A stretch of DNA of 64,000 bases from the human T2T-CHM13v2.0 reference genome, Homo sapiens, in the NCBI RefSeq assembly GCF_009914755.1, contig NC_060943.1. One strand, written 5' to 3'. Both the position numbers and the translations under genes were made by a program. The notes below the pieces were generated by a model. It made no database searches. It was not told where the DNA came from and saw only the letters and a list, made by a program, of their open reading frames with translations. This document shows positions 28,681-45,949 of this stretch, in pieces (the stretch's first letter is position 1; each line of letters begins with the position of its first letter).

Positions 28681-31600
28681 CTGGGAAGCAGGGCAGGACA
28701 GAGGTCAGCAAACAGGCCCAGACCCTGCCGCAGCCCCGCCCTCTACCCCCTGCCCTCGGTGGCCCTCTCTTCTGACCTGGATCCTTTCCCACTGTAGTAA
28801 CTAAGTGGCCATGACCGCCAAATAACTGTGCATATGTGTGTGTCACATCTGAGCGGCAGAACGACTGAGTTAGTGTGTGACATTTGACGGCTGACAGTAA
28901 CAGGGACCCCAAACCAAGGACCTCAAGATTTGTGTGTGGCCACAAACCAGAAGAGTTGTCTAAAACACTTAGCAACATATATTAGTTTAAAAATATGCCC
29001 AACCACGTGCATGGCAAGGACATGGGCCCAGTCTGAATGGGCTGTGGCATGGCCGCTCACTGGCTGGGGATCATTTGTCCAGCTTTGGGCAGAGAAGTGG
29101 GGTCCTGTCCACCCCACCCAGGCTGATCTATGGCAAACATCATGAGAGCAGAGATACGCCTGTGCCAGCAAGGCAGGAGACACTGAGCAGGCATGGCGGC
29201 CCCGTGAGGGCTTGTGATGAGCAAAGGTACCATCCAAATAAACAATTAAGGACTCCCATGTGTGGTGTGTGACACATGTCTGTGATGTTTTAGCCAATGG
29301 CTGTCTCCAAGGGACCATGTAGATGCTCCAGTGAACATCAGAACTGGCCGTAGGAGTCTGCAGGTGTGCTGCGGGGGCGCCCGGGTGGGACAGCCAATGT
29401 CGACAATGATTGTGCATGTTCGTCCAAACAGGAATGCAGCTTCTGAGAGTGTGACTGGGGTCCGGGTGTGTGGCGTCCTGATGCGTGACTCCCAGGTGTG
29501 AGTGCATCTGCCGTGTGATGTATGAGTGTGTTTGCAGGTGTGCATGGATCTGCACATGTGGCTTTGGAGTTTGCATAAATCTGGGTGTGTGGTCTGTGAA
29601 GGTGTGTAAATCTGAGTGTGTTTCTTTTTTAAAAATATTTATTTATTTATTTTTGACACAGGGTCTCGCTCTGTTGCCCAGGCTGGAGTGTAGTGGCACA
29701 ATCTTAGTTCACTGCAACCTCCGCCTCCCAGGCTCAAGCAATCTTCCTGAGTAGCTGGGACTACAGGTGCATGCCACTGCACCTGGTTAACAATAAAGGT
29801 TAATTTTTAAAATTTTTTTGTGGAGATGAGATCTTGCTGTGGTGCCCAGGCTGGTCTCAAACTCCTGAGCTCAAGTGATCCTCCTGCCTCAGCCTCCCAA
29901 AGTGCTGGGATTACAGGTGTGAGCCACCACGTCTGGCCATGTGTGACTTCTGACTCTGTGATTTTGGAGTGTGTGTGACTTGAGAGTATACCTGACTGTG
30001 AGTTTGTGACTTCTGAGCATGTGTGACATGTGTGTGGGGGGGGTGCAATGTCTATGTGAGTATGTGAAATTTCTGTGTGGCAAGTCACATCCAAATAAGC
30101 GTGCAGCTGGCCACAGGAGTGTGAGGCTTCCAAATAAAGCCTGGAGCTCCTGCCACCTCTCAGGAGCACGTGTGACAGCCTGGGGAGTGTGCCTGATGTC
30201 AGGCTGCGTTAAGGACAGCAAATGTGAGGGTGTGTGATGGCCCAGGAATGCTGCAGGCATGGAGGGAGCGTGCGTCACTCTCAACAAGGGTTGGCATCTG
30301 CTCACCGGTTACCTTTTGGAGCAGCGCAGCCTCCTGGATACAGCTCAACACCCTCCCACATCAATCCCCGAGGACATAACGGGTAGGCGATGCAGATTTG
30401 GCATCCAGGAGCAAGAGAGTGGGCCAGACCACATGGGTTCACTGGCTGCTGGTGGGGAAGACAGCCCTTCTGCCTGCCTCCCTCAGGCAAAAACTCAGTA
30501 GCGTGCCACCTCTATCTTCCTTCCCTATGGCAGAGATTGCTCTTAATTTTTTTTTTTTTGAGACAGGTTCTCACTCTGTTGCCCAGGCTGGAGTGAAGTG
30601 GCGCAATCTTAGCTCACTGCAGCTGGGCTGAAGCAATTCTCCTTCCTCAGCCTCCTGAGTAGCTGAGACTACAGGCATGCGCCACCACACCAGGCTAGTT
30701 TTTGTATTTTTTTGTAGAGACAGGGTTTAGCCAAGTGATCTGCCTCAAGGGATCCTTGAGCCCCTCTTGGGCTCAAGTGATCTGCCTGCCTTGGCCTCCC
30801 AAAGTGCTGAGACCACAGGCATGAGCCACTGCACTTGGCTAGACATCACTTTTAGATCATGATGTACACCACCTGTCTCCTTTCCCTGGCCCATGGCAGA
30901 CATTAGTAATCAAACACAATGCTTTTTTCCCCCACGGAGCTCTTTGCTCACCTTACCCGTCACCTGTCCAGACCTCATGGCTCCCCTGGCCAAGTGCTAG
31001 AAGAAACAGATCCTTGTAACTCCATCTTCCCTCCAAGTAAAACAGGACCTTTATATCTCCTCTCTCTTACCACCAGCCATGGCAGACAATGCCAATCAAT
31101 TATGATGTGCTGCTCCTTTTCGTGATGGGTACTGCCTCTGCTCAACTCTGTGCCTACAACAAATGTTCCTGATCCATCACTATGCCCCTGACCCCTGGGA
31201 TCTCTGAGCTCACTGGTGCCCTGCATGTCATGTTTCTACTGACCAAATTCTGGGAGTCTCCCCTTTGGGTAAAAACATAACACTCTTGCTACTCTTTCTT
31301 CTCCCTTGCCCATGACACACACTGCATGGAGATCATGACTGCTAACCGATCATGATGTGTGCCATCTTTCTCGTTTCCCTTAACCACAGCAGACATTGCT
31401 AATTGATCATGACTTGTGATGCCTTTTTTGCCATCCCTTGATGCTCCCTGCCCTAGGCAGACATTTCTAATCCATCACAATCCTCCTTTCCTCAGAGCCT
31501 GAGGAATACCTGTATCCTTCACCTAGCCAGATCTCATAGGTGAATGCTTGGAGGGAGGGAGCATTAACCTGTAGTGCTTCAGTCTACTCCTGAGCAAAAA

Positions 31601-32004
31601 CAGGCCAATGGTGTTGCTTCTCTTCTTTCCCTGGCCCATGGCAAACTTCCTTATCCATGCCCGACTTCTTTGTCCATAGCCGACTTTGCTAACTAATCAT
31701 GATGTGTGTCATCTTTCTCCTTTTCCTTAACCACACCAGACATTGCTAACTGATCATAACTTGTGATGCCTTTCTACTATCCCTTACTCAGAGCAGACAC
31801 GGCTTATCAATCCTGATTTGTGCTATCTCTTTCCTCTCCCTTGCCCACTGCTAATCGATCATGACATGTTCCCACTCTCTCTCCTTTGCCCATGGCAGAC
31901 AGTGCAAATCAATCACAGTGTGAACCATCTCGCCTCCATCCCTTGCCCACATCAGATAGTGCCAATTGATTCCAACGCCGTTTCCCACTGGGCCCAGGGC
32001 TCAC

Positions 32005-32310
32005 CTGTGCCCTTCACCTGGAAGTCAGTGCGGCGCTGCAGCGTGGATGGCAGCTCATTCAGCCGTAGGCTCAGCTGCCGTTTGAAAGGCGAGTTCTTCT
32101 GGCTGAGTGCTGGGAACCCACGGAAGGAGCCCTGGCGAACCAGCTGCTCCAGGGGTGCATGGCGCCGGGGGATGGCGGCCGCAGTGGTGCCTGCAGCCAC
32201 AGGGGTGCCTGCCTCACCCTTCTCACCAGGGGATGTGGTGGCTGGTGTCGGGGACACGTGCCCAGGCTGGGCAGGGCCAGGAGCCACAGTGGGGGCAGCT
32301 GCTGCCTCTG
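32005..32310 (-). CDS. NUMBL: NUMBL coding exon 8 (AEAAAAPT...RQGSFRGFP...KRQLSLRLNELPSTLQRRTDFQVKGT), NumbF domain
   Basis: ORF 31952..32320; CAG and GTGAG splice sites; 306 nt. Confidence 0.97.
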
Positions 32311-33477
32311 CTGGAGACATGGGGGAGATGGATGGTTAGATATCTCACCATGGCATGCAAGGCCTCTCCCACCTGGTTCTCTTGATCATTCTCCAAGGCT
32401 GCCTTCCTTGCCCAGTGAGTCCTGCCCTTAAGACAAGCTAGTCAAAGCCCTGAGATATCCCTCACCCCCACCCAAGTCATGATCCCCTTCCCCAGGAGGC
32501 TCTTGGAAAACCGTCCCCCAGGCTCACCCTCTGTGTCTCTCCAGCTTCCTGCCCCTTTCTGTCTTGCCCTGCTGCTCTCACCATTCTTCCCTCTAAGACC
32601 CTCTATCTCCCTTTTTGATCACTTAACAAACACTGATTTGGTGCTGGAACAACGTATCAGGCATTGTTCCAGATGCTTTTCAAGTATTCACTCATTCAAT
32701 CCACACGACTACCCATGGGGTTGATATGATTCTCATTTTACAGATGTGGAAACTGAGACCCAGCAAAGGCCCAGTGTGATGTGCCCAAGTCCTACTGCTA
32801 GGAAGGGGCAGGCTGACTCTGGACCCCATGCTCCAAATGACTGCCCGCCCTGTCTCCCTCTGACCTGTCTCTCCATATCATGTTGTCTTTCTCTGTCACT
32901 GTCTGTTCCCCTCTGTCTCCCACCTCCCAGCCTTCTTCCCACCTCAAGTAGCTCCTCCCTTCCTCCAGTCATTCTAGACATGGCTTGGATGCTTCATCCT
33001 CTGAGAAGCTTTCCAGATTGTTCCAGGCTCTCAGCCTGGCTCCCTCCACTCTGAGACTGTTCTCTGTACTCTGGGAGGAAACCTGACCTCCCCACTCAGC
33101 AGGAGAGGCAGGCTCTTCAAGGGCAGGGCTGCCCTCACCCCTGCCAAACCACAAACACACATCTACCCTCCTACCAGGGCCTCCCCGAGCTGCAGCCTGA
33201 ATGCCATGGAGATTAAACTCAGGCCCAGAGAGACCCTCCCATAAGGATGTCGCCCAGTGCTGCTTCTCCCATCGTGACACAATGGGGCACCCATGCAGGC
33301 CTGGCCCAAGGCAGTGGAAACAGCCCAGGACAGGTTGGAACCAGGAAACCTCCTCTGCCTCCACTCACTGTGTGACCTCAGGAAGTCCCCTCCCCTCTCT
33401 GGGCTCCAGTTTGCCAACTAGAAACCTGGGATAAACATCTCAATGCTACCTCCCAAGCCTCTGAGAGGGTCAGTTTA

Positions 33478-33941
<464 letters not shown>

Positions 33942-34233
33942 CTACTGCATTCCAGCCTGGGTGACGGAGAGAGACTCTGTCTCAAAAAAAAGATGTTCTT
34001 TTTTTTCCCCTTACAATCCAGGATCTAATTCAGGATCACATCTCGCATCTATTAATACCTGTTAAACCTCATTAGTCTCCCTTAATCAGGATCAGTTCCC
34101 AATGGTAAATTCTTTGTAAATTCTAAGTAGTGTTTTCCCAAAGAACTTAAATTCACAGTAAAATAAATAAATAAATTAATTAATAAATAAATTAATTATA
34201 TGGTGACTCAGGACATACATACAATTATATTTT

Positions 34234-34236
<3 letters not shown>

Positions 34237-34272
<36 letters not shown>
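34237..34272. repeat. (CA)18 microsatellite, NUMBL intron 7
   Basis: Direct count. Confidence 0.95.
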
Positions 34273-34276
<4 letters not shown>

Positions 34277-35412
34277 TTTAGAACTTACAAAGTATTTAAC
34301 CATTTACCTAGAAAGTTAGTTTTACCAAGTATGTTTCAAACTTTCTTGATGGCAATCCAGAGTTAAGAGATATCTTTTATATGGTAGCCTCTTACACACG
34401 CGTGCACACACACACACACTCTCTCTCTCAAATAAAAGTATCATTAAATTATATTTAACCCTTATGCCATTCAATATACTCTGATATTTTCTATGATTCT
34501 CTATTTCATTGTTTTTAAATTAATTTTTTTTTTTTTGAGACAGGGTCTCACTCTGTCTGTCACCCAGGTTGGAGTGTGGTGGTGCAATCGCAGCTCTCTG
34601 CAGCCTCTACCTCCTGGGCCCAGGTGATCCTCCTGCCTCAGCCTCCTGAGGAGCTGGGACCACAGGTTGCACCACCACGCCTGGCTAATTTTTTAATGAT
34701 TTGTAGAGACAGGGTTTCCCTATGTTGCCCAGGTTGATTTCATTTTTTTAAATGTCAGCCACATGGGCTGGGCCCAGTTGTCCACACCTATAATACCAGT
34801 GCTTTGGGAGGCTGAGGTGGGAGGATCGTTTGAGGCCAGGAGTTTGAGACCAGCCTGGGAAACACAGCAAGATCCCAGTTCTACAAAATATAAAAATAAA
34901 ATTAGCCAGATGCTGTGGCTTGTGCCTATATTCCCAGCTACATGGAGGCTGAGGCAGGAGGATTACTTGAGCCCAGCAGTTTGAGGCTGCAGGGAGCTGT
35001 GATCGCACCACTGCACTCCAGCCTGGGCAACAGAATTAGACCTCAACTCAGACAACAAAACAAAACAAAAAATGCCAGCCACAGTACAGCAAATTGGCTT
35101 CCCAGGTCTTAATACACAGGTTGAAAAGCCCTGAGAAGGCCAGGCGCGGTGGCTCACCTGAGGTCAGGAGTTGAGGCCAACATGGTGAAACCCCATCTCT
35201 ACTAAAAATACAAAAATTAGCCATGCCTGTAATCCTAACTACTCGGGAGGCTGAGGCAGAATTGCTTGAACCCGGGAGGTGGAGGTTGCAGTGAGCCTAG
35301 ATCACACCATTGCACTCCAGCCTGGTTGACAGAGCGAGACTCCGTCTCAAAAAAAAAAAAAAACAAACAAAAAAAGAAAAGCCTCGAAAAGCCCCGAATT
35401 GGTGGATAGTAA

Positions 35413-35789
<377 letters not shown>

Positions 35790-35888
35790 TAAACTGTTGA
35801 GTCTCTGCACCTCTGCAGCTCCCTGCCCCCTGATACTGGGTACCCTGTGCCCACTCTGTGCTCTGCTGGCGCTTGGGGCAACACCCAC

Positions 35889-36078
35889 CTTTCTTCTTGT
35901 CCGGGGCCTCTCGCTCAGCAGGCCGCCCACCCCCAGACAGGCGGAAGGAGCCCTCGCGGGCGAAGCTGGTGCGGCTGGCATCGAAGGCGGCCGTGACCCC
36001 ACATTCCTTCTCCCGTCGCTGTTTTCGCTCCAGGCAGGCGGCAAAAGCACAGCCCACAGCGTGGCTCAGCCTCTCGCC
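35889..36078 (-). CDS. NUMBL: NUMBL coding exon 7 ([26 protein letters not shown]...PDKKK)
   Basis: End of the PTB domain; ORF 35782..36057; TAG and GTGGGT splice sites; 190 nt. Confidence 0.97.
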
Positions 36079-36670
36079 CTATGGGGAGAGGATGGGCGGG
36101 GGGGTTAGAGGCGCTGGGCAGTGCGGACAGGGGCCAGGGGCACTGGGTTATAGCCGCTAGGTACTGGGTTGCCCCGGATGAGTCTCTGCACTTCTCTGGG
36201 CCTCAGTGCTCATCTGCACCACAAGGAAGGGCTGGAAATGACAGCTCCAAGTGAGAGAAGCCAGAAACCAATGAGCCTGTTGTGTGGCTCCACTTACTGG
36301 AAATTCCAGAAGAGGCAAAACTAATCTATGGTTCTATGGTGAAAAAAAGTCAGAACAGGCCAGGAGTGGTGGCTCTCGCCTGTAATCCTAGCACTTTGGG
36401 AGGCTGAGGCGGGAGGTTCCCTTGAGCCCAGGAGGTCAAGGCTGCAAGCAGCTATGATGGGGCAACTGCACTCCAGCTTGGGTGACAGAGTGAGATTCTG
36501 TCTAAAAAAAAGTCAGAATAGTGGTAGTTTCCTATGGGGTGGGGAATGACTGGAAAGTGTATGAGGGGATGACCGGGTGGTGGCAATGTTCTAGATATTG
36601 ATAGGGGTTTCGTTACATGGGTGTATGCAGTTGTCGAAATTCGTTGACTGTACACCAAAGGCTTGTGCAT

Positions 36671-37353
<683 letters not shown>

Positions 37354-38046
37354 AATCATATCTTTCGCTTTGAAGAAAAAAAAAATCTGGAAACAAATAC
37401 GAATTCTACTTAATGGTGTGCATGCTGAAGTAGTCCAATGCCTACAAATTTGACATACAAAAAGAATCAGACGGTGTGACTGCAGTCGCTCACACCTGTA
37501 ATCCCAGGAGGCCGAGGCAGGCAAATCACTTGAGGCCAGGAGTTCGAGACCAGCCTGGCCAACATGGTGAAACCCCATCTCTACTAAAAATACAAAAATT
37601 TGCCAGGTGTGGTGGCGTGCACCTGTAATCCCAGCTACTAGGGAGGCTGTGGCAGGAGAATCACTTGAAGGTTGGAGGCGGAGGTTTCAGTGAGCCAAGA
37701 TCGTGCCACTGTACTCCAGCCTGGGGCAACAGAGCGAGACTCCGTCTCAAAAAAAGGAATGAACCACTGATACAAGCAGCTCACGCCTGTAATCCGAGCA
37801 CTTTGGGAGGCCAAGGTGACTGGATCGCTTGAGTCCAGGAGTTCGAGACCAGCCTGGGCAACATGGCGAAATCCCATCTCTACAAAAAATTAGCCAGGCA
37901 TGGTGGCGTGTGCCTGTAGTCCTAGCTACTCAGGAAGCTGAGGTGGGAGAATCGCTTGAACCCAGGTTGCAGTGAGGCGAGATTGCACCACTGCACACCA
38001 GCCTTGATGACAGGGAGAGACGCTGTGTCATTAAATAAATTAATTA

Positions 38047-38604
<558 letters not shown>

Positions 38605-39090
38605 TTAAATGATTAATTTTATGTGAATTTCACCTCAAGAAAAAAAAAAAGTTGAACTTGGGGAATTCTACTGCTTAATGGTTAAAACTTCCTTCAGAAG
38701 TAGGAAGGAATTCATCCAACATCACATTCTTTACCCACAGGAGATGGTCCTGCTCTTTTCTGGCTTTCATTCTCATCCCCATATAGTTTTTTTTTTTTGT
38801 TTTCTTGAGACAGAGTCTCGCTCTGTCACCCAGGCTGGAGTGCAGTGGTGCAGTCTTGGCTCACTGCAACCTCCGTCTCCAGGGTTCATGTGATTCTCCC
38901 CACATGTGATTCTCCTACCTCAGCCTCTGGAGTAGCTGGGATCACAGGCGCCTGCCACCATGCCTGTCTACTTTTTTTGTATTTTTAGTAGAGATGGGGT
39001 TTTACCAGGTTGGCCAGGCTGGTCTCAAATTCCTGACCTCAGGTGATCTGCCTGCCTTGGCCTCCCAAAGTGTTGGGATTACAGGCGTGA

Positions 39091-39264
<174 letters not shown>

Positions 39265-39572
39265 TAGCTAATTTTTTGTATTTCAGTAGAGATGGGGTTT
39301 TACCATGTTGTCCAGGGTGGTCTTGAACTCCTGAGCTCAGGCAATCCCCCCGCCCCAGCATCCCAAAGTGCTGGGATTACAGGTGTGAGCCACTGCACCC
39401 GGCCCTCACGTGAATACTCTAAATTGGGAACCGTGAGTATACTTTCTTCTCCAGATGAGGAAACTGGGCACACAGAGGTTAGTGATGTGCCTGAATGCAG
39501 GAAGCTTGTAGGGGTGGGGCTGGGATGCCAGGGCATGGGAGGGAAGAGTTGGCCAGCTGTGGCAATACTCAC

Positions 39573-39713
39573 GGAGTCCTTCAGTGCCAGAAAACAGTGG
39601 CAGATCCAGCGGCGGGTAGTCCCGTCACGACAGATATAGGAGAAAGCCTTGTCCAGGTTGCGGTCAGGAGCACAAAAGGAGACCTTTTCGATGGTCTGGT
39701 CGACCAGAAGATC
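39573..39713 (-). CDS. NUMBL: NUMBL coding exon 6 ([47 protein letters not shown]), PTB domain
   Basis: Manual translation of the reverse complement; TAG acceptor, GTGAGT donor; 141 nt. Confidence 0.97.
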
Positions 39714-40813
39714 CTAGGAGGGGCCGGGGAGGCCAGGAGAAGAGTGTGAACTCTCTTTCAAGTGTTCACTCAACATTCTCTCTGTGTCTGCTGAAATCCA
39801 GTCCTGAACAGGGTGGGGACCCAGCAGTCACTGAGACACCCTGTGCCTTGCCTGCAGAGGGCTCCCAGGTCAGCGGGAAGATCAGACCCATCACGAGATG
39901 GGCAGCCCAGAGTCATAGCCAGGATGTGATGAAGGAGGCCCAGGCAGAGGGGTCAGGGCCAGGACCATGGAGGCACAGGCAGAGGGGTCAGGGCCAGCAT
40001 GGCAGAAGCCAGCTTGGGGTCAGTCAGGCAAGGCTTCCTGGAGCAGGTACTAACTAAGAAAAAAAGTCAAGGAACAGTATTTTGGGCTGAGGGAACTGCC
40101 TTGCAAAGGTGGTGATCTTGTTCTGTTATTAACCCAACTCTCAGCATGTCCTGGGCACCTCCTAGGGCAGTCTCTGGGCTGGGGGCAGCGGATTCAAGGT
40201 GAGCAAACAGATACCTAGATTGTGGCCTCATAGTGCTTCCTTCTGACTGGGCAGGGTGACAATAAACACTTAATGGCTAACATTCATTGATCTGAGCAGT
40301 TACGATGTACTAGACCCCATTTAAATATATATATGTTTTTTTTTCCCAGAAGGAGTCTTGCTCTGTCACCCAGGCTAGAGTGCAGTGGCATGATCTTGGC
40401 TTACTGAAACCTCTGCCTCCTGGGTTCAAGTGATTCTCCTACCTAAGCCTCCCAAGTAGCTGGGATTACAGGCACGCACCACCACGTCTGGCTAATTTTT
40501 GTATTTTTAGTAGAGGTGGGGTTTCACCATCTTGGCCAGGCTAGTCTCGAACTCGTGACCTCAGGTGATCCAACTGCCCTGGCCTCCCAAAGTGCTGGGA
40601 TTACAGGCGTGAGCCACCGTGCCCAGCCCACATTTAAATTTTTTTAAAAATTATTTTGTATAGATGGAGCCTTGCTATGTTTCACAGGCTGATCTTGAAC
40701 TCCTGGCTTCAAGGGGCCCTCCCAGCCAGGCACCATTTCAAATAACTTGCATATGCTTTCTCACTTAATGGTAGGGTCTATTATAATCCCTGTTTTTCTG
40801 CGATGGAGTTTAG

Positions 40814-40969
<156 letters not shown>

Positions 40970-41383
40970 TGAGGTTTCACCATATTGCCAGGCTGGTCTC
41001 GAACTCCTGACCTCAGGTAATCTACCCTCCTTGGCCTCCCAAAGTACTGGGATTACAGGCGTGAGCCACCACTCCCGGCCTATAATCTGCATTTTTCAGA
41101 TGACACAACTGAGACTCAGAGAGGTTAAATCTCATGCCCAGGGTCCCTAAGCTGGGATCGGAGCTGAGGCAGCTGCTCCTGTCTCTCTCACCCACAGCCT
41201 ATGCCAGTTCCCAAATAATCACAGCATTTATTCCTGAGTTATGACGACAGAGGGAGCACACGGCATCGTCTAGAAGGTCCCTGAGGGAGGGATGTGCAGA
41301 GGAGGCGGGAAGGTGTCCTCCGCCCTGATTCCAGCAGGGTGAGCAGACAGGCCCCCTGGCGTCCACCCCCACAGGCCTCCTAC

Positions 41384-41458
41384 CTTGGTTTTGTCGTCCA
41401 CCACTCGGAGCCCATCGGCTGACACCCACAGGACAGACTTCACGGACTTTCGGCCCAT
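41384..41458 (-). CDS. NUMBL: NUMBL coding exon 5 (MGRKSVKSVLWVSADGLRVVDDKTK), PTB domain
   Basis: ORF 41270..41458; CAG and GTAGG splice sites; 75 nt; 91-nt preceding intron. Confidence 0.97.
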
Positions 41459-41549
41459 CTGGAGGGAGGCAAGGGGACAAAGGAGCCGGGTCAGGGTGCC
41501 TCTCCCTGTCTGACCTTGCCCCCTCCCTCATGGCAGCCCCCTCACTCAC

Positions 41550-41624
41550 CGCCTTCAGCTTCTTCACCGCATCTTCACACACGTGCATTCCCCGGGACTC
41601 CTCTACCTCCACGTGACCCAGGTA
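41550..41624 (-). CDS. NUMBL: NUMBL coding exon 4 (YLGHVEVEESRGMHVCEDAVKKLKA), PTB domain
   Basis: Numb PTB signature YLGHVEV; AAG acceptor, GTGAGT donor; 75 nt. Confidence 0.97.
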
Positions 41625-42606
41625 CTTGGGTTGGAGGGAATGGGGGGGGGGACATGAAACAGCACAGTAATCACTCATTCTCAGTGTCCACTGAGCATCT
41701 GCCATGCAGTAGACAATATTTTAAGCACATGATGTGTATGCAATCATTTATTCTGCATCTCAACTCTACAAGGTGGAGACCCCATTCCTGGTCTAGACAT
41801 GCAGATGGGGAAACTGAAGCACAGCACGTAGTAGTGATTCCGGTCTAGCTATACCCCTGGGCCCTAACCCGGCACCGTGGTCCTCCCGAGAGCTAGTATT
41901 TGCATCTCTGTGCGTGAGGACTGGCCACAGGCCATGCAAAGCTGCTTTGCCTACCCTAAAGCAGCTAGAAAGAGCCTGGGCCAGTCCCCACAATGACTGA
42001 AGGGAGTTAGGGTACCTGAGCCCCAGCTCCCTCATCTGCAGGTGGGATGACTGTTGCCTCGAGTTTCCCAGGGGAAAGCTCAGTTGCACACTGCTGCAGT
42101 TTTAATAACACACCCTTTACTGGCTGCCTTACTTTCCTCACTCCCAACACCATTTCCTGCACCTCCCAAATGAAGCCGTCACATTCAAAGTCTGCTTCCA
42201 GGGAAGGGAACGTAAGGTGGTGGAGGGGCTGTGACCATGGTCAGTCATCACCCAGCCAGGAAGGGGCTGAGCTCCACAGTCCACGCCGTGAATCCTGCTC
42301 TCCCGCTCACAGGAATGTAAAAGCGTAGGGTATGGCTAAACCAGAACGTCCTTATCGGTAGAGCGCTTTGCAAATGCTACACCACATGACGGCTTCCAGG
42401 TAATAGTTTGCTGGTACAAAAAAAATGTGTTCTGGTTTTTTGTTTGTTTTCAAGATTGGGTATCACTCTGTTGCCTAGGCTGGAGTGCAATGGCACAATT
42501 AAGGCTCACTGCAGCCTCGACCTTCCTGGACTCGAGTGAGCCTCCCACCTCAGCCTTGCGAGTAGCTGGGACTACAGGTGCGTGCCACTGTGCCTATTTT
42601 TTGTAG

Positions 42607-42930
<324 letters not shown>

Positions 42931-43076
42931 TGATAGCCAGGACTGCCGGCCTCACGCTTTTTAACACCAACTTCAAACGACTTGGGCTGGTGTCCCAGCC
43001 AGGCCGCGCACCCGCACAGCACAGCACAGCGGCCCCCGTCCCCCTCGCCCCGCCGCACCCTGCCGCGCCCACTCAC

Positions 43077-43216
43077 CCTGACCGGGAAGCTGCACGTGCC
43101 CTTCCGCACCGCGTCCTCGTCTGCCTGCCACTGGTGCGGGCGCGACGCCTCGGGCACGTAGGCTGGCTTCCTCCGCCGCAGGCTCTGCCGTAACTTGTTC
43201 ATGGTGCCCGCCCCGT
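43077..43216 (-). CDS. NUMBL: NUMBL coding exon 3 ([17 protein letters not shown]...SFPVR), 140 nt
   Basis: Numb-family MNKLRQS and PHQWQADE motifs in ORF 42801..43226; CAG and GTGAGT splice sites. Confidence 0.97.
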
Positions 43217-43959
43217 CTGGTGACACAGGACAGTGATGTGGGTCAAGGGTGGGGGTCAGAAGGTATGGAGCTCAACGGGGAGGGACCAGTGCTCAGGGAG
43301 CATGGGGTCAGATAACAAGATAACTGGAAGCGGGGTTACAGGGTCAGTTGGCAGCGCACATGGGATCAGCAGCTCAAGTCAGGGGACAGTGAGGAAAGGA
43401 GCCAACAGAAGCCAGGGGAGTGCGAAAGTTGGGCACTGGGGATTCAGAACCATGGGGCTAAGGGGCTGGAGGTCTGGGGTGGGGGGTATGGGGCACAGGC
43501 TTCAGGGCATTGGAGGGCTTCTTGTCCATGTGGTGGATGCTTCCTCATTCCCAGGGCCGTGAGGACACAAAGGGTGGGAAATCAGACGTAGGAGGGCATG
43601 GGGGCTAGAGGGCATAGAAGTCAGGGGCCGCACGGTCAGGGGTTTTAGGGGTATGAGAGTCAGGCAGTGGGGTGATCAGAGGGCAGCAGAGGAGTTGGGA
43701 ATTGCATGGGTCAGGGGTGCAGGAGTCAGGTGCATGGGGTATGGGGGATGGTGGCTTGTCTCTGGAACTCTGAGACACAGCCATTCTGTGACAACTGTGT
43801 CTAGTCCCCAGGCAAGGCTTCTGGGGCCTTGCACTGATGACTGTCAGAGGCAGGGCTGTGGGTGTGTGGAGTGGGTGTGGAGGTGGCCAGCCACTAGGAC
43901 AGTCTTCACTGATCAGCCATCCTGACAGTCCCAGGACTGGGAGCACCAACAGCAGAGGG

Positions 43960-45490
<1,531 letters not shown>

Positions 45491-45576
45491 TGTGACCGCA
45501 GGGACAGCTCCTCTGGTCGTGTTAGGCAAGACCACATACCCATTCAGCCCTGCCCTGTCCCAGGCTGGTCGCTCAC

Positions 45577-45661
45577 CTGGCTCCGTCCTGCAGGTTTCTG
45601 GGGGCCCCGGGGCCCCACAGGGGGCTGGGGGCAGGTGCCGCTCAGGCCTCCGGGGTCCGCC
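45577..45661 (-). CDS. NUMBL: NUMBL coding exon 2 (GGPRRPERHLPPAPCGAPGPPETCRTEP), 85 nt
   Basis: CAG acceptor and GTGAG donor; phases (0 in, 1 out) join exons 1 and 3 in frame. Confidence 0.93.
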
Positions 45662-45949
45662 CTGCCCGAGTAGGGGAGGAGAAGGTGAGAAGTTTGTCTG
45701 GGTTGGGGCTCAGTCTGATACTTCACCCCGACTTTGGACTTCGGCCAGCCCCCTCCATCTTGGGCTCCCTGATGAGAGTCCTAGTTGTCCTAGCAACTGT
45801 TACCAGGGAGATCAGCCACCTGGTTCCAAGGGCCCAGGAAGGAGTAGGTATGTTTGGGGGGCATATGTTGGGGATGTGCTGGCCTCAGGAGAGCCTCACT
45901 GCCCAAGGGGATGCTGTGAGAGTGGCCTTGCCCTCCAGATGCATGTGCA

